This document shows, piece by piece, positions 27,801-38,400 of a stretch of 64,000 nucleotides of DNA (its first letter is position 1; every line of letters begins with the position of its first letter). Source of the DNA: Balanoglossus misakiensis (lineage: Eukaryota > Animalia > Hemichordata); contig CM082576.2 of NCBI GenBank assembly GCA_040954595.2, positions 1,309,403 to 1,373,402 of the forward strand, in the 5' to 3' direction. The position numbers and the translations under genes are program-made. Below the pieces are notes generated by a model that was not told the DNA's origin, did not search any database, and saw only the letters and a list, made by a program, of their open reading frames with translations.

Positions 27801-30800
27801 AACTCTCGTCTTGAGACATGAATTTCTTTGACAGTTGCTGCACATACAAGACAGAATTTAGTTTGTGCATTCTCATTCAAATTGATTTTGATTTCTGTTT
27901 ATTGACTACCATTGGGGATTTGTAACAAGTCGATGCTAACTGTTTACGCAAACTAACTGTTTTCTCAGTTTCTCGTGATGTTGTAATCACTGTGTCTGCA
28001 TTTATAATAAATCAATATTCTCATTAAAAGATGTTTAGCATCAGTACTAATACTTGCTGGAGAAACCCTGCTTATCATAGCAGTGTATACTGCAACAACA
28101 AAATGAAACAAAAACACGTAACAGATTGATTATTAACTTTGAAATGTCCACACTAAACTTTCAAAGTGGTTAATATATTTGATTGATGAATTTACAGGTC
28201 AGAAAATAAAGTATCTACCAAACAGATAAAAACAAACAGAGATAAGACACTCTCCATCTTGAGTACTTGTCCAAAAGGTGATATAATATTTATCGATCTA
28301 TCCACTATGCTAAGCTAACCCATGTTGTAAAATTCAACTCATTTATCTGTGTCTGTAAATCAGTGGTGAACATTTATCTGCCGAACTTCACTACTTTGTG
28401 GCCATAAAATACTCCAAAAAGTCTATCAGGTTGAACGGATGCCATTTTAACAGAACTGTATCACAGTCATCAACATGTCAATGTCAATGAATTGACAGTC
28501 CGTGCTGGATTAATTGAGGAATTAGGAAAACAATCATGGAATAAAGTCATGTCTGTAAAATGGCTCTGAAAATGTTTTGAACAAAGTATTTTTCTTAATC
28601 TGTGTAAGTTCTTGTATCTAAAATAACCAAGTTGTTATCAAAATACTGTCACTATACAGTTATTGTATATTATATTATACCAGTATATTGATGGTGTAAA
28701 TCACGCTATTTGATTGGTCGAGACACGACACGTGACCGTGATATATTAGCCATATACCACAGTCATATATCATAGTTAAAGAAAATGCCTTTTTAAAATG
28801 TTTTATGCAAAGTTTCAATATACTGGCATAATATAATAGCAATAAAACACCCCCAGCCATGGTATACCACTCGATTTTGACCAGTTCAACTCCATATACG
28901 CACTCGCTATCGCTCGTGCGTATATGTCGTGAACTGGTCAAAATCTCGTGATATACCATGGCTGGGGGTGTTTTATTGCTTAAATAATTAACATCAAATT
29001 TATCTAACAGGCAAATCAGACATTTACAGGGATAATTTTATTCAGATATGACACAAAGGTCCTTGACCTTGATATAGTTCATGACTTCCTATATCCCCAC
29101 ATGCATGATCTGCATGTTAAAAATAACCAGTATTTAATCTGTGAATATTTAAAATAGCAACTTGACATTTACCAAATGTCACCACCTGAGGGCACTGGGG
29201 TGGGATGTGGCCTAATGGTGTTAATGTATTCAACTGGGACAAGGTACATCTATGCTAATGATCGGGTCATAGGTAACCATGCATGACATAAACAACTTTC
29301 CTTTTCCTGCTTTCACTGGAATTTATCCAATTCATGAGAACAGCCACAGATGACGCTATTGCTATGAATCTGAATCTAGTAATAGAACATTAACAGTACA
29401 CAAAAAATGTTCTTGTGATTTGAACACATTTATTTTCTGTACATGGCTTGCACCTCTTAAACTTGGATGGTTGCCAATTAATACATCGCAGTGCAAAGTT
29501 CACTCTGAAAACAATCTGACTTCAACAGGTCACAATCTCCTTCAAATAGGGGACATCTACAAGTAGATTTGGCATTTTCACAGTCTAGTATTTCTGCTGC
29601 AAGTGAACTTCAAACAATCCATACAGCAGACACACAGACACTGATACAAAGGTCAATCCGGGGTTCAACAATTCACCCTACTTATTTATGTACATATTGG
29701 CAAAGTTCAAGGTTTAAATTCCAGACAGTGGAGGACCATAAAGGACTTATCTGCATGTATCTACATGCATCTGAACTTTTGACTGTAATATCTTGTAGGG
29801 TCTGAGTTTTTTTTTCTTCATAATATCATGTCCACGAGACAGCAAGTGTTCAAAATAATCACTATCGGTAACTGTCCAAATCATAATTGAACATGTCCAC
29901 AAAATACATGATGGAATTAGTAGAATTTCAGCATACCATGATTTTTTTACATTCTTGTTCAATGGCAGTACTGTTCACAGGATGAAAAGTGTTCAATCTG
30001 TTATCAACTTACGTACAAACCTATTTCCTAAACTACCTGTCCAACATGTCAGAATTTGTTCCATATCTATGTTAATTTGCATCTGCTTTCTTTTCTGGTA
30101 TAGCATTTTTGTTTGCTGTTCTTTTATCTTCCCTTCTTGAAATGATGACCTGGTTGATATTGATAACATTTAGATATCAGTGCATATTTTTAGAGAATAA
30201 ACATCAGTCAGGTGGGAAATCACCTCTGAACCAGATCTTGTGAGGAAAGAAAACTCTGACATGAACAATACATTAGGTTACTGTTGCATCTTCCTATGCC
30301 ATTTTGAATACATCATATAGATAGGAAAACTAAGGCCTAAAAATGGTACATTTTTATATATCTCTGCCTGTCCTCAAAGAGGCAATTTTCAATCATTGGT
30401 ACAGTCTCATGTCATATTAGTTCTTGGTGACTATGCTGTATGCATGTGGTGGAGAGAGCCTTTGCTCTTCCACTATAAATATCTTCAATACAATATGACT
30501 GTGAACTCTAGGCACATGGGATTTAACCAGGACTATGATTTTTGTCACCCTTCAGATAACTGTCAGTCTTTTGCATACTGCTGCATGCTTCCCATCTGCA
30601 TATTCACACTTTCATTAACACATCCATTGTTATATTTCACACCAAGGTCCCCTATGAACTTCTCTTTTGTTTTCTGATACACCTGCTGCTGCTAGGCACA
30701 TTCTTTCACTCTGAATACCCAAGATTCTCTGCCTTTTTGTTCATTCCACTTTTGCATCTGATGAAGGAGACTACATGTCTTTGGAAGCTCTTGCTATGGT

Positions 30801-31843
30801 ATCAATTAGCAAATGTAGAATCAGGTAATATGCAGGTAAGTTCCATCAAACAACGGGGAAAATGGTGCATAAATTTATTTGGTGTCATCATCCTTTGTTA
30901 GAATTTAGATGGCAGGGACTCCAGGGTGTTGAGGTCAAATCATAAAATTGTGCCACCATTGTGCCCTAACCCCGATGTGCAGTCCACAATTTATAATTTG
31001 TATAACTCTTCGCACGGAACACACTCTTGTCACACGCTCGATGGACATGCCTATTTACGTACAAGTGCTACACCCAACTCAACGATTACGCTAGCTACGT
31101 CATCACACAAATCCCACTGACCTGACGCTATTATAACGTCTACCCGGTACCCTCACCGGGAAAAGCACCGACACAGAGTTCATACGATGAAAAACGCCAT
31201 GTGCTTTGCAGAATGTAAAACACTGTCAGCATAGTGTTACTTAGTTTATCATATTTTATCTTAAAAAGACCATCGGGGAGACACGACGACTTGAATTTGA
31301 AACGCTGCCAGTACACAACCGGGCCGACTGTATATCACTACACACAGTTGTAAACGACACGCAGTCTATTCTCATTAAAAACAGCGTGTGCGTAAACAAG
31401 AACAGCATTACCTTCCCTTTCCGAACCTTATTTTGGGGTTGGGGATAACGATTATCAAATCAAAGATGTCAACACTCTAAAAAGAAAACGACTCTTCGTT
31501 CATATATGAACAAAGGTACACATAGTGTAGTATAGGCTGACCAACGCAATGTGGCAACTGACACCGGCCCGGCCCCGCGACCGCGCGCAACCTTGCCAAG
31601 GTCATATCAATACACAGGGACAATCATGCACAACGAGGATCTGTGTTACGTCATATTACATCACACAGTAGTAGTGTGAGATGTTATTTATAATCATAAT
31701 TAACATTTTGAAAGAAATCCCGTGGAATACTCTGCAATTGACCGTCGACCGCTTAAACAAATATTTCGCAATACATATATGTACAACAAGGAAGGGAACT
31801 TTCCCAAAACATACCTCCTTTTCTCCTTCGTCGTTGAACTCAT
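6819..31843 (-). CDS. HIF1A: Hypoxia-inducible factor alpha subunit (bHLH-PAS), 15 coding exons, 833 aa
   Basis: Exons joined by GT-AG with consistent phases: 31815-31843, 24700-24902, 16161-16318, 15490-15687, 13674-13876, 12737-12843, 11765-11912, 11249-11427, 10799-10879, 10199-10452, 9853-9975, 9386-9591, 8788-9092, 7572-7693, 6819-7004 (2502 nt). Motifs: b[33 protein letters not shown]...[63 protein letters not shown]...[13 protein letters not shown]. Probably the single invertebrate pro-orthologue of HIF1A/EPAS1/HIF3A. Confidence 0.96.
6915..6929 (-). other. HIF-alpha C-TAD FIH asparagine-hydroxylation motif EVNAP (Asn803-equivalent)
   Basis: The last exon encodes [12 protein letters not shown]; the Asn codon is at 6921-6923. 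Confidence 0.92.
9547..9576 (-). other. HIF-alpha C-terminal ODD motif [10 protein letters not shown] (Pro564-equivalent)
   Basis: Matches human LEMLAPYIPM, with Arg before AP as in many invertebrate HIF-alpha proteins. Confidence 0.92.
10839..10856 (-). other. HIF-alpha N-terminal ODD prolyl-hydroxylation motif LPYLAP (Pro402-equivalent)
   Basis: LxxLAP followed by [11 protein letters not shown], comparable to human LTLLAPAAGDTIISLDF. Confidence 0.9.
11704..11746. repeat. (TCTG)n microsatellite
   Basis: Imperfect tetranucleotide run just inside HIF-alpha intron 7. Confidence 0.85.
13530..13627. mobile_element. Degenerate piggyBac-like MITE
   Basis: TTAA-CCCTTTCACCCCCA...TGGTGTTAAAAGAG-TTAA: TTAA at both ends with imperfect 14-bp TIRs (10/14 match). 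Confidence 0.5.
25000..25013 (-). CDS. HIF1A: Candidate alternative first coding exon of HIF-alpha (MLKER...)
   Basis: Minus strand reads ATG TTA AAA GAG AG|GTATGT. It has the same phase-2 donor as the distal exon 1 and splices in frame to exon 2 across a 97-nt intron (24903-24999). Confidence 0.65.
25260..25551 (-). promoter_or_regulatory. Candidate proximal HIF-alpha promoter/enhancer upstream of the alternative exon 1
   Basis: Perfect CRE at 25260-25267, palindrome GATCACGTGATC at 25375-25386, TACGTG at 25534-25539 and minus-strand TATAAA at 25546-25551. Confidence 0.45.
28668..28984. mobile_element. Double-hairpin non-autonomous element
   Basis: A 24-bp inverted repeat (28668-28691 vs 28815-28838, one mismatch) abuts a 143-nt imperfect palindrome at 28838-28980 (AGCAATAAAACACCCCCAGCCATGGTATA...TATACCATGGCTGGGGGTGTTTTATTGCT). 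Confidence 0.75.
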
Positions 31844-32230
31844 TTTCTTGAAGAAAACTCCAATAAAAACAGCTCAGATAATAGGTAAGTTCTCAAAGTA
31901 CAACGTTCCACAAAATGTATGGTCACATTGGGGATGCAGCCTCAGAACTCTGCTAAGGATTGCACCGTTTCGATTGTCGATTTCACACCAGCATTGCTAA
32001 AACGCAAATTTATGATATGCAAACGAATGTGAGCTATGTCATTGACGGAACACATTCAACGCGGTTTCAAGACTATCCAACTTCTTATTGTTTTGCAATT
32101 ATAGACATTTTCCCAATATTACCCACATAAAACATACTAACATATCGTAGTGGGCAAAAATTTTATTACATATTGTAAAATCTGTGGAAACTTTATCGTT
32201 AAATAAAATTTGGAGCTCACGAAACTTGAC

Positions 32231-32312
32231 TGACGTCACGTTGCTAGGAGTAAAATGTGTACTTTCAACTCTGCCTCATTTTCGTGATTTCGACCTCGGT
32301 CGGTCACATGAC
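32231..32312. promoter_or_regulatory. HIF-alpha distal promoter elements (CRE, HRE core, X-box half site, E/M-box)
   Basis: TGACGTCA at 32231-32238, overlapping CACGT (minus-strand ACGTG) at 32237-32241, GTTGCTAGG at 32240-32248 and GTCACATGAC at 32303-32312. These lie in a CpG-enriched region about 400 nt upstream of the start codon. Confidence 0.5.
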
Positions 32313-35300
32313 TGTTGTTGACAACTATTACATTTTGTATTAACCAAGTTGGGTCAAAATTTACAGTATGTGAGATATGTTAGTGACTGTGCTATGATAA
32401 ACCATACTGTCAATGGATAAACGTACTCGTTGGAACTCGAGCTTCGGTGCAGCAAAGTTACACAAATCAACCACCTTTAATAAAGGCCAAAAATTCACTG
32501 GTGATACAACTGGGGCCTAAGCTAATTTAAATCTCAACTTGTAAAAAGGGCTTGTAGTTGTACAAAAGCAATCTTTCGGTGGTTGGTGTTTAGTTTACAG
32601 TCATAACAAAATTGAGGAAACACATATGTTGTATCTATGCCAACTTTTTTTCATGTCATCGAACAGCCTAATTAATGTTCTGCCAGAATATAGGCCTACG
32701 TCTGTGGACATAAAAGCTTGATCGGTCACGGTATATAAGCCGTGACAGGATCCGCCAGTATTACCCAAGGGCACAAGCTGAGGGAATAATGCGTGCTTGG
32801 TGTATCTTTATATTGTCATTCATTTTCTGTAATTCGTTTTTGTAGGACCCATTTAGCATTTGATCCAACTGCTGAACCTGTGCCTGCATGTTGTAAATGT
32901 AAGGTATCACCCTTAATGCATCGTAAGACGTAAGCATATGAGATGATGCAAATGTTAGGCCTACCTTGTAATATGAGACACTTTATCTTCTGTGTGCCGC
33001 AGTAAGCTTACTTTCTTCACGAAATAAATTAATTCCCACACTAATCTTGGGAATTTGGGTGGGCAATGGGAAGCACCCTTCTAACAAAATTTCCTTGCCA
33101 TATTGAAGTTTTTTTAAGGAGTAATTAAACAAAAATATCTTTCAGCTGTCAACAGCTTACAAGTTTATTCAGATAGCAATAAGTTGTACAAGTTATGTTA
33201 CATCTGTAGATTCAGACAAGTAGGGGAGAGAATGTCTATTAATCGTCCAAGCTTATTGATAAAGCTGACATGTTGAACCAAAGAAAAACTGAGGAATTTA
33301 TAATTGATAACAGAGCACTGTTTTGTGTATAACCATTGTGACAGATTGTGTGGCGTGACTATACACATTTATACTTTTACCAATAGGCTTTCTTACCATG
33401 AAATGACCTACAATGCAAGGTCCTCAGATTTCATAGTTGGCAACTTTCTTTTCCACTGTAGAAAGGTACAAGTCACAATTTGACAGAATAGTGACATAAA
33501 CAAAATCAAATCTGTATGGTCATGATCACTGAAACATTTACATTACTATATACATTTTATAATGGTTGTTAGATGCATGTCACATCAGATGACTGTATAG
33601 GCTGTCCACAAAACACTGCAGAAGTCAAGCACTTATCTCGATATTAATACTAAAATAATGCCAAGGAAACTATTTGTCACAGTTAATGGTCTTTCTGGCC
33701 AATAAATTCTTAGTATGTAACACAGCTACAGGTGATTTTTTTTTCAATGACAGGTACTTTTTGTCATCCAAACATCCTATTTGAATATTCCAAACAACAA
33801 AAGTGGAAGTGGTAAAATATGCTCAAACTGCAACTCAGATCTCAAATTTGACAGTGCAAAAATCACAACCCCAAAACTTCCCAAATTCACGATATGACAT
33901 TGTGAGTGACATCAAACTCAGGGTTTGTGGAAATAAACTGTATAATTTGTGGTAAAATTCTTCGTAACATTTAATTCCATAAACCCTAGTGTGCTGTTGT
34001 TTATCCATAGCAAATCCAGCCCAGATTTATGACATGGACAAGCCAAAATTCTGTCTGTTTCAGCTACAGCTATACTGTCTCTTGTAATTTTGCTAAATAA
34101 AAGACCAGGTTTTTCATTTAATTTGAATTTTACATACATGTATTAAAATCACACATCATGTAAATGAAGTGAAGGAAACATGGGTTACAGATGGGGAAAA
34201 AAGAGGCTAAAATAATGTTTGATAATAAATCAGATTTTCAATTGTAAGAAATATTCAAGTGTAGATATTTGTGATGTTACAGCAGGCAGTCCACTGAACT
34301 GAAATCATTTCTTTTGTAACAGGTTACAGAGTTCAATAGAGTTGTGTCGCCAATCCCATTTTTGCACAGCATTGTATCAAACAAAATTTCCAAGGGTGCA
34401 TTCAAATACCGAGCAAGTAAGAAGTAATTGTATATATTTCTTGAAACTTAGTAAAATTAAATATAGCTCAACTTTATGAGGTCTTCAAATACAGAGGTTG
34501 GTATGGATATTTAGTGAGCATGTTTTTCAAGCAAGTTATTGTTCACAAAATTTTCTTTCTGAGACTTACATGATCCACAGCACAACATTCTTGAGATACA
34601 GTCTTCACCAAGGAAATTCATATTGTAGAACACCAGACCAATTGTGAACTTCATAAGCACAAGATAGTCTTGTAGTTTTTTTAAAATATTTTCACTGACC
34701 AAATTTCTATACATACAGAAAAGTCATACATTGTACAACTTTGAAATTTATCATTACAACATTTGATTTTGATGTCTAGAGTACCTCTCACATTTGATTA
34801 CATTGTTTATCAGTTTATTATCTTTGTGGTACTTTACATCACTGAAAATATTGGATTTATTATATTAGCATATCCCCCTAAAACAGAATTACATTTTCCT
34901 CCAGACATTAAAACTGCAACTAGTTTCATAAATTTTCAGGTTTTGTAAATAAAAATACAGCTGTACTTCTGCAGTTAAATGTTGCAGTGTTAATACATGT
35001 TGCAAACCAACCATGTGGCTTCAGAGGTCAAAAAAGCCCCTCAATATTTTGCAATGCATGAAGATCAGATTGGAAAGTTAATCCCATGTTCTATTAATGT
35101 AAATCTTTCATAATATGTTAATATATAAACTTGTCGCCACAAATAAAGCATAAAATGAGATTGATCACCTACTCTGAAGCAATGACCTTGAGCCATGGCA
35201 ACTGTAACAGTACACAACTGGAAAATGACGATGAAATCATATTTTCAAGCGATTTCCCCATTTGTGAATGACAGTCTTTTTTTCCCTTCAGACTGCTCAG

Positions 35301-35435
35301 CAGTAACTATATGTGACTGACATCATGAGCAACTGCTCATTACTACCTGGAATGTCATTTTAATTTGATACACATTATCAAAGAAATTCTGTTTGGGCGA
35401 AAAATACAAGCGTTAAAGAAATGGAATCACTATCA

Positions 35436-38400
35436 TCATAATTCTCCATAATGATTATACTCTTGCTTATTAGGGACGAAGTGTTCATCTCCCAATTCTG
35501 GTTCCCGTAGCAACATCTGATTGATGGATGGTGCTGTTGCTATGGTTATATCTGGACCTGTTGCCATGGCAATGTCTGGCATCATCTCACTTAGCATAGG
35601 CACAACCTGGGCAGCTGCAGCAGCCTACAGAAAGACATACAGAAGATAGCAGTTGTTATCAGTGTCACACACATTTCAGGATTTTTTTTTCTCGCTGATG
35701 AGCTTCAGTAGTCGGAACTTACTGCAAATAGCAGCCTCTAGCAGTTCTCATTCAATGACATTTACAATTTCTGTCCGTCTCTCTATGAGATTAAAGCTTA
35801 TGTACAAAGCAATAGTTGTTCTCCATAAAAATGAACTGGGAAACTTCTACGAGATTTAGCTGCTGGAAAGAAAAGGCAATACTGAAGTAGACACACTAAG
35901 TTACCAGAATCAATTGAAAGATCTTAATGTGTAGGATTTTCCCCATTCAAAATTAGCATTCAGACCACAGATTTTCAATGGATACATGAAATAGAACTCA
36001 ATTATCTTGTTTCCCCAGTTGGACAGAATATGTGATTTCGATTGAGAAGCATGTAATTGGAGTGAATCAGGCAAGACGCTAGAGCCTTGCTTATCTCCTG
36101 TTTCCAATGCAGCTTGAACATTATTGAATAGACAGAAGACACTGTTGATCAGGGAACTGTAATTTGATCTGACTATCTGTGCCTTGCATCTATCCTACCT
36201 CTGTGCCTTCTTGCATTGAAAGCCGTGTCATCACCCAGGGCAACTAATCAAGTAACTTACAAGCCATGGATAACATGAAATGACCAAACATACCAAGACA
36301 CGGAATACATTCAATTCCCTTTTTTGTGTCTATAAATAGGTCTGAAGCCAGAGAAAAGAACAGATTTTTCTCAACTGAAAAGACTATGAACTCTTGTTGA
36401 TTACTGTTTCTCGGTTATACTCAAGTCAATGTGTCTTTAATGTTATCTAGGTTTTGCTGTTGATAACTTTTGCAAAACAACAGATTAAAACAACCAAACA
36501 AATTAAACCACAATCCATGTTTTATGAAAGAATGACACTTTGCAACTGTGTTAAACCGCACTCCCTCTCACATCATACAACTGCAACTTTGCCATTTTAC
36601 ATATAATGGGCATCATTCTTGTTTTGTGACAGTTTGTGTAATTTGCATATCTATTATTTGCTGAGCTTGTCAAGCTACTGATAGGAACAGTCCATCACTT
36701 AAGGGTTCAACTTTTTGCTGATAAATTTAACTAACCCTCTTGTACTCCTTTCTTGGTTATCACATTGATATTTGGTCAATATTTCATTGGGTTCATTGAA
36801 TGTTATCATTTCTATCTGTATCTATTTTTAGAGTATGATGTGTTCACACTGCTTATCTGAAATCATTGGTGGCATTGAGAGAAGACATTGACAGACATCA
36901 ATCAGTCATGCAAGAGAGTTATTGATACCCCTGGAAGATTGGACATCTCATATGCTGTGGCTCATACTCCCAAAGTTTTCTAAGTAATCAGTATTTGAAT
37001 TCCCTGAGGTGCAACATCACTCTATTCAACATATTAATGCATGCAAATATGACATACATGTATTATGCGGGTAAATTATGTTTAATTCAAGGCGAATGTC
37101 CTATTTTCACCTCTTGTAATATGAAGCAGCCACGACCTCTTTCCAGTGACCTAGATAGTCTCAATTACCTGGCTGTGCATGGTCATTAGAAATTCAATGG
37201 TTATGGAAACCCAGGTCAGGTCATAATCACATCTACTCTAATAACCCCACAGGTTTTTTTTTTGCAATTTTATTGCTCCATAATCCATCACATCTGAAAG
37301 CTAAAATATCATACTTCACCATTTGGAGAAAGGTGATTTTCTCTGAACTCTGAGAGAATTCCATATTTCAGGATTGATGACCGTGATTTATTGGCGAGGT
37401 CAATGCGTACTGAAAACGACAATGCCATGAAATGTATGACAAAACCCCTACCAAGTGACCCTTATCCATATACCCTATGGCTGTTGCTTTTAACTCTTCT
37501 CATCACTACGGGACACACTGTCTTCTTAGCAGAGAATCTCTCTCAACCTTTTTACATAATGGATGGAGTAATAACTCAACCTGACTCAAGGCCATGTTTA
37601 TAGCTTCTTACAACTCATCTAGACAGACTTTACAATGGCAATTAAAACCTATCAGCTACATCATATTACGAAACAGCCAAGTAATGGTTCACATGTTTCA
37701 AAACAGTAAAAATAATTTATGTAGTTAAGCTTTCCCAAAAGTTTATTTTTAAGTACATCCCAGCATTATTCTTTTTTCCATGTTTGTCTATTCCAGGATT
37801 AAGATGCAGTGAAATAAATTGTTTTCAAAATATACGGTTGGATGAAGGTCTCTCATTACTCATTCATACAGTTTATCAACCATCGTGGAAAGAAGATTTA
37901 ATACATCAAGGTGAACTGCAAAAGCCATCAAAGGACACAGTGAATTGAAAAGGCTGGTGATTGAACCAGGATTAACATGACATGTTTATGCACACAAACA
38001 AAAGCAACAGCAAACGTTGCTTTGAGGGCGCTCTTCATGTACTTGGACAGTGCCATAGTGTTTCCCATTTCTTACTGTTTGAAGAGTGAAATGCCAAAAT
38101 TCAAAGTGTCTCATCTGAAGAATTACTTTCAGTGACTTTGCATGGAATACCTACCCCTGGTGATTCTGGAGTATTAGCCAGTACTGGAGATTCTGGCTGT
38201 TCACACCATTCCCTTTCCACATTGCGTCTTGAATGCAGATATTCCTGATGGGGCTCAGCATAATCTTCACATGCATAGTCGCTGCTGCTTCCACTCTGTT
38301 TGAAGATGTCAACAGCTTCATCAGGCAGACCAAATTCTCTCACAACACGTTTTTGAACTTCATGAATCACAGCTCCAATGTCACTGCATGACAAGGACAG

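Noticed and set aside
32725-32746. Small hairpin GTCACGG-TATATAAG-CCGTGAC
   Set aside because: A 7-bp stem can arise by chance, and no associated transcript evidence is visible.
36199-37237. Two frame-preserving mini-exon candidates in the last BTBD7 intron (36199-36243 and about 37169-37237)
   Set aside because: Weak polypyrimidine tracts and no similarity to known BTBD7 sequence; cannot be supported without RNA data.
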